From Bacteroides thetaiotaomicron (GTDB lineage Bacteria > Bacteroidota > Bacteroidia > Bacteroidales > Bacteroidaceae), in assembly GCA_019412825.1 (NCBI GenBank), contig DXOL01000057.1, forward strand, positions 9,100-73,099: 64,000 bases of DNA, written 5' to 3'. The first letter of the stretch is position 1. Each line of letters opens with the position of its first letter. The notes under the pieces were generated by a model. That model was given only the letters and a program-made list of their open reading frames with translations, ran no database searches and had not been told where the DNA came from. Shown one piece after another: positions 46,541 through 54,477 of the stretch. The translations under genes were made by a program, and so were the position numbers.

Positions 46541-48280
46541 ATGGATGCAGCAATAAAGAAAATACCTTATGGGATGACGGACTTCGAGAGAATCATTCTT
46601 GAAAACTATTACTATGTAGACAAAACACAATATATCGCCAAAGTAGAAAAAGTGACCTCCTTCTTCTTCTTTGTCCGTCCTCGACGTTTCGGAAAAAGCC
46701 TTTTCCTAAACATGCTCGGTTTATACTACGACATCAACCAAAAAGATAAATTCGAGAAAATCTTTGGTAATCTTTATATAGGCAAGCATCCTACGCCTGA
46801 TCGCAACAAATATCTGGTGCTTACACTCAATTTCAGTAGTGTAGCCGCCAATATGGATCGTTTGGAAGAAGCATTCAACACCTATTGCAAAATCGTAATG
46901 GATGGATTTGCAGAACGAAATGCTCATCTGTTAGGGAAAGAAGCCGTTGAAAAGCTACATGAATTAAAAACAGGAGATGCTTTATTGGGATCACTGTGCC
47001 AAAGCGCCCAAAACAAGGGACAAAAGATATATCTTATCCTCGATGAGTACGATAACTTTGCTAACAATATTCTGGTAGATTATGGCAATGAACGTTATCG
47101 CAGCATCACTCATGGCAGCGGATTCTTCCGTAGTTTCCTTAAAGTGGTAAAAGACTATTCAAGTTCAGTGATCGAGCGCATCTTCCTTACAGGCGTAAGC
47201 CCCGTAACAATGGACGATCTCACTAGCGGATTCAACATTGCGGATAATTATAGCAGTTCACCTATCTTTAATAATATGATGGGATTTAATGAACAAGAAG
47301 TACGCACTCTGATCGATTATTACAAAAGTTACCGGGAACTACCGCACACTACAGATGAATTAATAACCATCATGAAACCATGGTACGACAATTACTGTTT
47401 CGCCATGAAAGCACTAAAGGAACCGTCTATGTACAATTCAGATATGGTGCTCTATTTCATGAATCATTATATGCTGAATAAGGACATCCCTGACAACATG
47501 CTCGATGCTAATATTCGCACTGACTACAACAAGCTGCGCCACCTCATCCACGTAGACAAAACTTTCGGTGAAAATGCAAGCGTTGTACAAGAGATTGTAG
47601 AAAAAGGTTCTACTACCGGAATCATTGCAAATAGTTTCCCAGCCGAAGACATTATCAAACCGGAAAACTTTAAAAGCCTGCTCTACTATTACGGCATGCT
47701 AACCATCAGCGGAATGGAAATGGGTGAGCCCATACTGAGCGCCCCCAACTGGGCAGTGCGCGAACAACTTTACGGTTACATGGCAGACATCTACAAAGAT
47801 TCCGCCGACCTATATCTAGAGACAGATAAGCTGGTGGACCGAATGAAACGAATGGCATACAAAGGAGAATGGGAAAATTGCTTCACATACATTGCCGACC
47901 GCTTGAATGCCCAAAGCAGTGTTCGCGACTTCATAGAAGGTGAAGCTTATGTAAAAACCTTTATTTTGGCTTACCTCGGATTGACACATTATTATATTGC
48001 CCGTCCCGAATATGAAAGCAACAAAGGATATGCGGATATCTTTCTGCAACCTCGCCTGCTGCAACTTCCCGACATGGTATACAGCTACTGTATCGAAGTG
48101 AAATATGCAAAACGGGATGTTTCTGACACCGAGATAGAAAAATTGCTGTCCAATGCCAAAATACAACTGAAACAGTATGCAGCAAGCGAATGGATTCATC
48201 AAGACAAAGGGACCACAGAATTAAAGAGTATCGCATTAGTATTCCAAGGCTGGAAACTGGTGAGAGTGGAAGAAGTATAA
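46541..48280 (+). CDS. AAA-ATPase-like domain protein with a C-terminal PD-(D/E)XK nuclease-like domain (PDDEXK_9 type).
   Basis: N-terminal blocks IPYGMTDFERIILENYYYVDKTQYI and FFFVRPRRFGKSLFLNML, plus LILDEYDNF. C-terminal GYADIFLQP...YCIEVKY. Confidence 0.88.
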   Translation: MDAAIKKIPYGMTDFERIILENYYYVDKTQYIAKVEKVTSFFFFVRPRRFGKSLFLNMLGLYYDINQKDKFEKIFGNLYIGKHPTPDRNKYLVLTLNFSSVAANMDRLEEAFNTYCKIVMDGFAERNAHLLGKEAVEKLHELKTGDALLGSLCQSAQNKGQKIYLILDEYDNFANNILVDYGNERYRSITHGSGFFRSFLKVVKDYSSSVIERIFLTGVSPVTMDDLTSGFNIADNYSSSPIFNNMMGFNEQEVRTLIDYYKSYRELPHTTDELITIMKPWYDNYCFAMKALKEPSMYNSDMVLYFMNHYMLNKDIPDNMLDANIRTDYNKLRHLIHVDKTFGENASVVQEIVEKGSTTGIIANSFPAEDIIKPENFKSLLYYYGMLTISGMEMGEPILSAPNWAVREQLYGYMADIYKDSADLYLETDKLVDRMKRMAYKGEWENCFTYIADRLNAQSSVRDFIEGEAYVKTFILAYLGLTHYYIARPEYESNKGYADIFLQPRLLQLPDMVYSYCIEVKYAKRDVSDTEIEKLLSNAKIQLKQYAASEWIHQDKGTTELKSIALVFQGWKLVRVEEV

Positions 48281-48284
48281 AAAG

Positions 48285-49013
48285 CTAATCAAACAATTCT
48301 TTCAGTACATCCAGCGACTTTAATGCAGGAAAATCCGGCAGATGCAAACGATAATAATCATTCATAATCGTCAGGCAACGGGTGCGTTCCGCACGGCTCA
48401 TGCCAAATAAGTGCATCGTCTCATAATTCATGCGCATCAACTGGCGAAGACGTCCAGCCTCTTCGGGATTAATATAAGAAGAATGCAACTGCGGACGAGT
48501 GGAAGTGAAACAGGCATTCAGCAAATCAAAGTAATCACCGGTGTGATAATCTTCCAAATTCGGATACAACCCCAAAAAACGGGAAAGACGCATCAGAAAA
48601 ACCAGATGGAAATTGGCAAACCCTTCGCGACATTCGTCCAGCCAAATGACAGAATGCTGCAAATAAGCGAACAACGGACGGTTTTCAGCCTCTTCACGGA
48701 TAGCACGATACAGAAACTCTGCCAAAAAAAGTGCCATTGAAGACTTGTACGGGTCATAAGGAATGGAGGTAAAAGGATAAAAAGACTTCGCCTCTTTTAC
48801 CCGATAAAGAGTGGCATTCGGACGGTAATCCGCCTCAAACTCAATGAAAGCCAAAGGCTGAAAGAGTACTGACTTGACTGCCGCCTTCCGCGAACGGGGT
48901 ACGGGAACGAGAAAAGAAGTCCGCCCGGATAACTCCGTGTACATATCTACAATGATAGAAGTATCATTATATTTAAGCGTATGTAGAACTATTCCTTTCG
49001 TCTTTTGCAGCAT
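48285..49013 (-). CDS. recO: DNA repair protein RecO.
   Basis: 242 aa. N-terminal OB-fold block [26 protein letters not shown], with the length and pattern typical of Bacteroidetes RecO. Confidence 0.85.
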   Translation of the reverse strand: MLQKTKGIVLHTLKYNDTSIIVDMYTELSGRTSFLVPVPRSRKAAVKSVLFQPLAFIEFEADYRPNATLYRVKEAKSFYPFTSIPYDPYKSSMALFLAEFLYRAIREEAENRPLFAYLQHSVIWLDECREGFANFHLVFLMRLSRFLGLYPNLEDYHTGDYFDLLNACFTSTRPQLHSSYINPEEAGRLRQLMRMNYETMHLFGMSRAERTRCLTIMNDYYRLHLPDFPALKSLDVLKELFD

Positions 49014-49108
49014 AGTGCACTCCTCTTTTTATCATTTCGGAACAAAACTACAAAAAAATGTCTGGCAATCGGGACCTTTTTAGAGGCGTTAACAACAAAA
49101 AAGATTGC

Positions 49109-49116
49109 TATTTTTG
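49109..49116 (+). promoter_or_regulatory. Bacteroides-type -7 box (TATTTTTG) upstream of the recombinase gene.
   Basis: Exact match to TAnnTTTG, 39 bp upstream of the ATG at 49155. Confidence 0.4.
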
Positions 49117-49154
49117 TTATACTCCCTGAATAACAAGTAAATATAGACAAGAGT

Positions 49155-50114
49155 ATGAAAAGAAAAAGTAATAAAAACAGCTTTACCGGATGCGCAAAAG
49201 CATACATCCGGAATCTACAAGAAGAGGGCCGTTACTCGACGGCACATGTATACAAAAATGCAATTCTGTCATTTGCCAAGTTTTGTGATACTCCCGAAGT
49301 CGCATTCGGACAAATCAACCGCGATAGTCTGCGACGGTACGGGCAATATCTTTATGACTGCGGATTGAAACCGAACACCGTATCGACTTATATGCGTATG
49401 CTGCGCAGTATCTACAACCGCGGTGTCGAAGCAGGTACGGCCCGTTTCATCCCCCGACTGTTTCGTGACGTATTCACCGGAGTAGATGTCCGGCAGAAGA
49501 AGGCACTGCCCATCAACGAACTGCATATGTTGCTCTACAAAGTCCCCAAGTCCAGCCATCTGCGTCGCACACAAGCGATAGCACGACTGATGTTTCAGCT
49601 CTGCGGTATGCCGTTTGCCGACTTCGCACATCTGGAAAAATCGGCATTGGTACACGGAGTACTGAGATATAACCGTATAAAGACCGGTACTCCCATGAGC
49701 GTCGAAATACTGGAGACCGCCAAGAAGGCAATCAACGGATTGCGCAACAATGAATCCTCCGGAGAGGATTGTCCGGACTACCTGTTCGACATCATGAAAG
49801 GAGATAAAAAGCGGAAAGAAGAGGCAGGATATAAAGAGTATCAATCGGCTCTCAGACGATTCAACAATCAATTGAAGAGTCTTTCCAGAGAATTACGCAT
49901 CAAATCGCCTGTCACCTCATACACCATCCGGCATTCCTGGGCAACGAGCGCCAAATATCAGGGAATCCCCATCGAAATGATCAGCGAATCATTGGGACAT
50001 AAATCAATAAAGACCACGCAAACTTACCTGAAAGGCTTTGGACTGGAAAAACGGACAGAAGCGAATAAATTGAATTGTTTTTACGTAGAGAACTACGTTG
50101 CGAACAAGCACTGA
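49155..50114 (+). CDS. Tyrosine site-specific recombinase (phage-integrase family).
   Basis: N-terminal SAM-like domain. C-terminal catalytic blocks TIRHSWATSA and LGHKSIKTTQTYL (R..H-x-x-R..Y). Confidence 0.9.
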   Translation: MKRKSNKNSFTGCAKAYIRNLQEEGRYSTAHVYKNAILSFAKFCDTPEVAFGQINRDSLRRYGQYLYDCGLKPNTVSTYMRMLRSIYNRGVEAGTARFIPRLFRDVFTGVDVRQKKALPINELHMLLYKVPKSSHLRRTQAIARLMFQLCGMPFADFAHLEKSALVHGVLRYNRIKTGTPMSVEILETAKKAINGLRNNESSGEDCPDYLFDIMKGDKKRKEEAGYKEYQSALRRFNNQLKSLSRELRIKSPVTSYTIRHSWATSAKYQGIPIEMISESLGHKSIKTTQTYLKGFGLEKRTEANKLNCFYVENYVANKH

Positions 50115-50152
50115 GAGACAAGCTATTGAATATAAACAAATTACCTTATCTA

Positions 50153-50442
50153 TTACTTCTTAGGTAACGGAAATAAATACAGCGCAAAGATATAGAAAAA
50201 GAACATCACATTCCAAATTAATTATACATTATTTCACTTCCTTTCTTTCAAAAAAAATAAAAAAGAATACAGGAGCATGAATTATATCTGTTTCATGTTC
50301 CAGACCGCTATTGTGTCTGCCGGACTATTTTTCAGCCGGAAACCTATAAATACACTTTAGAACTCAAAGACCGCTGCCTTTTTTACTTCTTTCCCCTCCA
50401 CATACCGGTCACTAGACCGGATTTCCGTTACCTAAGAAGTAA
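50153..50442. promoter_or_regulatory. Candidate invertible DNA switch: a 246-bp segment flanked by perfect 22-bp inverted repeats and carrying an outward-facing promoter.
   Basis: IR-L is TTACTTCTTAGGTAACGGAAAT (50153..50174). Its exact reverse complement lies at 50421..50442. On the minus strand there is a -7 box TATCTTTG (50192..50185) and a TTTG (50217..50214) with a 21-bp spacer. Confidence 0.7.
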
Positions 50443-50465
50443 CAGAAACACATAAACAAAAGATT

Positions 50466-51134
50466 ATGACACACAAACCCGATAGGAATAGAAAAAGGAT
50501 ATCTACAGCCGGCAGCATAAAGGGATTCACGACAGTCTTGAAATGTATGTTGGCAAGTATACTCCTTACCTGTCTTTTGCCCGCCTCCAGTCTATACGGG
50601 CAGAAGATAGCCGTCAAGAGTAATCTGCTCTATGACCTCACAACCACCTTCAATATAGGGGGAGAGTTAAGATGTGACGATACGCACACTCTTAATCTCT
50701 CTGTCAACTACAATCCCTGGAACTTCGGGGGAAACAAAAAGATGAAGCATTTCATGCTCCAACCGGAGTACCGCAAATGGTTTGACGGAGTGTTTATGGG
50801 AAGTTACATCGGCTTTCAACTTCACTATGCTCTATTCAACTTCGGCGGAATGCTCCCTTGGGGATTCGGAAATGGTAAAATGCTGGGTATCGAAAACAGG
50901 CAGATTGCCAACAACCGGTATCAAGGTAACCTGGCGGGCTTTGGCATCTCCTATGGTTATCAATGGATGATCAGTCCGCAATGGAATCTGGAAGCGGGAC
51001 TTTCACTGGGATATGCCCACCTCAATTACAAACGCTATGGACAGCCCGAAGGCGCTGCCTTTATCGAAAAATCCCACTGCAACTACTGGGGACCCACGCA
51101 GATAGGAATATCACTCGTGTATTTCATTCAGTAA
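50466..51134 (+). CDS. DUF3575-like small outer-membrane beta-barrel protein (copy 1).
   Basis: Blocks KSNLLYD, LSVNYNPW and QPEYRKWF, with an alternating beta-strand pattern. An alternative start is at 50547 (MLASILL...). Confidence 0.8.
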   Translation: MTHKPDRNRKRISTAGSIKGFTTVLKCMLASILLTCLLPASSLYGQKIAVKSNLLYDLTTTFNIGGELRCDDTHTLNLSVNYNPWNFGGNKKMKHFMLQPEYRKWFDGVFMGSYIGFQLHYALFNFGGMLPWGFGNGKMLGIENRQIANNRYQGNLAGFGISYGYQWMISPQWNLEAGLSLGYAHLNYKRYGQPEGAAFIEKSHCNYWGPTQIGISLVYFIQ

Positions 51135-51156
51135 ATCAATTAAATCACAACATAAC

Positions 51157-52212
51157 ATGAAAACGAAAGCATTCATCTTTTTCAGTTTATTGATATGCAA
51201 CTTGCTACCGGCACAGAACGTTAAGCTGGATATCGTACCCCACTTCTTCGGCATCCGTGCAGATTCACTGTTTCTGTCCATGGATATCTCAATCCATATA
51301 AAGGACATGGATTCCAAGAGTGCCTTTATGCTGACACCCGTGCTGACCAGCCAGGAGAAAAGAGTATCACTGCCGCACATACAACTGAACGGTAAGCAGA
51401 AACAGAAACTATATCTGCGCAATCAGATTTTACGCAAGAAGAATGACCGGAAAGAAGAGGATGCGAAAGCTTATCTGATTGCCGGCATTGACGAGGACCA
51501 CTCCCGCACCATTTCCTACCGGACTTCATTGCCGGCAGAGGATTGGATGAACAATGCAACACTGACACTTAAAAGAACTATTGTCCGTCCGGAAGGTGAA
51601 CAGTCTCTGAAAGATACAATCGTCATAACCCAAGAGAACATAGCAGCATCTTCCGGCGCAATAGTTCCTTCCGGTACGGCTACACAAGAGGTCGTTTCTC
51701 TTCCTGTTGTCAATGAACGTCCTACGAGTCCGGTAGCCGGCAGCAAAATGAAATACAAAGGTACTTACGTCTCGCCCGAAACGGATGATGTGGACGCACG
51801 AAATCAGAAAGAACTGAATTTCAGCCTTGAAGAGGCGAAAATGATAGCGGAGATCAACCCACAGATGCTGTCTCTCCGCGAACTCTACACAGTCGCCCTG
51901 TCTTATACGGAAGACAAAGCCCGGTTTTACAAGATTATCAATATTAGCGTCAAGCTATATCCCGTACATCCGGTTGCCAACCTGAATGCAGCAGCTGCCG
52001 CCATTGAACAGGGAGACGTCAAATCGGCAGGTAAGTTCCTTTCAATGGCTCTTCACGATAGTCTGGCCTACAAAAACTGCCGCGGAGTATACGAACTAAT
52101 GTCCGGAAACACCTACGAAGGCATCCGAATGCTGAAAGCCGCCAAGGCCGAAGGCTCCGAGGAAGCTGCATATAATCTGAATGCATTTTTTGAAAACAAT
52201 AAACGCCCTTAA
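51157..52212 (+). CDS. DUF3868-like secreted protein with C-terminal TPR-like repeats (copy 1, no OmpA motif).
   Basis: Signal peptide MKTKAFIFFSLLICNLLPAQ. N-terminal domain similar to that of 53037..54452. C-terminal helical repeats (VANLNAAAAAIEQGDVKSAGKFL). Confidence 0.75.
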   Translation: MKTKAFIFFSLLICNLLPAQNVKLDIVPHFFGIRADSLFLSMDISIHIKDMDSKSAFMLTPVLTSQEKRVSLPHIQLNGKQKQKLYLRNQILRKKNDRKEEDAKAYLIAGIDEDHSRTISYRTSLPAEDWMNNATLTLKRTIVRPEGEQSLKDTIVITQENIAASSGAIVPSGTATQEVVSLPVVNERPTSPVAGSKMKYKGTYVSPETDDVDARNQKELNFSLEEAKMIAEINPQMLSLRELYTVALSYTEDKARFYKIINISVKLYPVHPVANLNAAAAAIEQGDVKSAGKFLSMALHDSLAYKNCRGVYELMSGNTYEGIRMLKAAKAEGSEEAAYNLNAFFENNKRP

Positions 52213-52224
52213 TCAACGTATACA

Positions 52225-52788
52225 ATGAAACGTTTCATATTCCTGCTCTTATTACTTGGATGCCTGGACGCTTACTCGCAGAAAGTAGCTATCAGGGTGA
52301 ATGCGCTTTCTGCCATAGACGGAGCTTTCGGAGGGGGAATTTCGTATGCCATAGGAAACAAGAGCACAGTCGAGCTTACCGGAAGCCTGCGACCGTGGAA
52401 GCGGAGCGAAGAATATGTCAACCGTTACTGGCTCCTGCAGCCCGAATACAAATACTGGACTTGCCAGAAGTATAACGGTCTTTTCTGGGGAGGATATCTG
52501 AACGGTGCCCAGTTCAACATCGGAGGTAAGAAACTGCCTTTCGGCATATTCTCCCAACTGAAACGCCACCGGTACGAAGGCTGGCTGGCAGGCGGAGGCA
52601 TCAGCTGCGGATATCACTGGATGCTGAATGACCACTGGAACATAGAAACAAGTATAGGAGTAGGATACGAATTTATCCACTACAGGCAATACAACTGCGT
52701 AGACAAATGCGCAAAGCTAAGAGAAGAAGGAAAATATCATTACGTAGGACCTAGCAAGGCCTCTATAAGTTTAATCTACCTATTTTAA
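52225..52788 (+). CDS. DUF3575-like small outer-membrane beta-barrel protein (copy 2).
   Basis: Signal peptide and blocks RVNALSA, LTGSLRPW and QPEYKYW. It ends in the OMP beta-signal ...SLIYLF. Confidence 0.82.
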   Translation: MKRFIFLLLLLGCLDAYSQKVAIRVNALSAIDGAFGGGISYAIGNKSTVELTGSLRPWKRSEEYVNRYWLLQPEYKYWTCQKYNGLFWGGYLNGAQFNIGGKKLPFGIFSQLKRHRYEGWLAGGGISCGYHWMLNDHWNIETSIGVGYEFIHYRQYNCVDKCAKLREEGKYHYVGPSKASISLIYLF

Positions 52789-52804
52789 AGAAGAAGAAAG
52801 AAAG

Positions 52805-52996
52805 ATGAAAAAATTATGGAAAGTCTGGTTCTCCAAACGGAGACACGTCTACATGGAGATAGCACGCAAACATCGGTCTACCCCGTGGAGGGTATACCAT
52901 CTGGGACATGGTGGCAGAGGAAAAACATTGAAAGATATGAGGATATTGGAAGAACTGCAGCAATACGGAATCATATCTCATATCTATCCTTGGTGA
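52805..52996 (+). CDS. Possible small basic protein with an HTH-like segment.
   Basis: The 63-aa ORF neatly fills the 248-bp gap in the pilus operon. EIARKHRSTPWRVYHL resembles an HTH recognition segment. There is no other support, and alternative-frame ORFs overlap it. Confidence 0.3.
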   Translation: MKKLWKVWFSKRRHVYMEIARKHRSTPWRVYHLGHGGRGKTLKDMRILEELQQYGIISHIYPW

Positions 52997-53036
52997 ACAG
53001 ACTGCTTTTAAATATAGATTCATTATTAGTACAACT

Positions 53037-54452
53037 ATGAAACTGGGAGGAGTTTTTATCATTGCGGTCATAGCATCTCTATCGCTACAGGCGCAAACGA
53101 CCGTAGAAGAAGCTAACGGAACGATCCGAGCTACCGCTTCCAGCCTTCACAAGGCAGGGGAAGAACTGGTGGTTTCTATTTCGGTAGAGATCACCCGCGA
53201 TCTCTCGCCCAACGAATCGCTGGTTCTCATACCCGTTGTCACCGACAGTCTGGAGAATCGGTTGGAACTGCCTTCCATCTACATCAATAGCCGGAAACAG
53301 CAAATCATATTCATGCGCGAAACGGGCAAAAAGGAGAAAGAAGCCCGTTCGCTGCAAAGAAAGAACGGAAGCAGGCAAAGCATACATTATCTGCAATCCG
53401 TTCCTTTCGAGAAGTGGATGAATCATGCTACACTCTCACTGATAGAGAAAAGCTGTGGTTGTGGCATCGCCGGCGAAGAAGCCTTCACTTGTATCGCCCG
53501 CCTGCATCCGCAACCAATACCTGTCCCACAACTCGTATTTCTCACCCCACAAGTGGAGGGGCTGAAAACCAGAACTGAGAAAGGATGCGCATTCATCGAC
53601 TTTCCCGTAAATGACGTCATCATACACAAAACATACAGCAACAATGCGACGGAACTGAATAAGATCACTCAAACCATAGACGCCATCAGAAATGATTCGA
53701 ATGTAACCATCACACATATCAGCATACACGGCTATGCATCGCCCGACGGCCCTTACCAACTTAACGAAAGGTTATCCCGCGAACGCACACAGGCATTGAA
53801 GGAATATGTGTGCCGGTTATACACGTTTAATCCAACGGATATTCATACTTCTCATACTCCCGAAGACTGGGAAGGGTTCGAAGCCCTTCTCACTGATACA
53901 GCCTTTCAATGGAAGGAGGCAGTCATGAAAATCGTGACAGGCAACCTGCACCCCGACCGCAAGGAAGAGAAATTGAAAAAACAATTTCCGGCATTCTATC
54001 GCTTTGTGCTGGAACATTGGTTCACGCTGCTCAGACATTCCGATTATACCATCGAATATCATGTACGTCCTTTCAGCGTAGAAGAATCACGAAATGTTTT
54101 CGCCACTAATCCCAAGAACCTGAGCCTTGAAGAGATGTTCCGCCTCGCACTCACCTGTACACCGGGAAGCGAAGCATACAACAAAATCTTCATGACTGCC
54201 GTACAATTGTTCCCGGATAATCCCGTTGCCAATCTGAACGCAGCCTGCATCGCTCTGATGCAAAGAGACGTGCAGTCCGCCGCACATTATCTGGAGAAAG
54301 CACCGGAAGTACCGGAAACAGCATTGGCAAAAGGTGTCCTGCACCTTCTTCAAGAGAAGTATGAGGAAGCGGAAACACTCTTCAAACAAGCCAAAGCCGC
54401 CGGACTGTCACAAGCAGACAACAATCTGAAACAAATATTAGAGCTTAAATAA
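53037..54452 (+). CDS. DUF3868-like / OmpA-family peptidoglycan-associated protein with C-terminal TPR-like repeats (copy 2).
   Basis: Signal peptide and an N-terminal domain paralogous to 51157..52212. OmpA-like block ISIHGYASPDGPYQLNERLSRERTQALKEYV. C-terminal VANLNAACIALMQRDVQSAAHYL. Confidence 0.8.
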   Translation: MKLGGVFIIAVIASLSLQAQTTVEEANGTIRATASSLHKAGEELVVSISVEITRDLSPNESLVLIPVVTDSLENRLELPSIYINSRKQQIIFMRETGKKEKEARSLQRKNGSRQSIHYLQSVPFEKWMNHATLSLIEKSCGCGIAGEEAFTCIARLHPQPIPVPQLVFLTPQVEGLKTRTEKGCAFIDFPVNDVIIHKTYSNNATELNKITQTIDAIRNDSNVTITHISIHGYASPDGPYQLNERLSRERTQALKEYVCRLYTFNPTDIHTSHTPEDWEGFEALLTDTAFQWKEAVMKIVTGNLHPDRKEEKLKKQFPAFYRFVLEHWFTLLRHSDYTIEYHVRPFSVEESRNVFATNPKNLSLEEMFRLALTCTPGSEAYNKIFMTAVQLFPDNPVANLNAACIALMQRDVQSAAHYLEKAPEVPETALAKGVLHLLQEKYEEAETLFKQAKAAGLSQADNNLKQILELK

Positions 54453-54477
54453 ATGTTTAATTAAAATCAATGGTAAG

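Noticed and set aside
52814-53071. Alternative-frame ORFs 52816..53040(+) and 52814..53071(-) in the pilus operon gap.
   Set aside because: They overlap the start of the well-supported 53037 gene or lie antisense to the operon. The 52805..52996 frame fits the gap better, and even that is kept only at low confidence.
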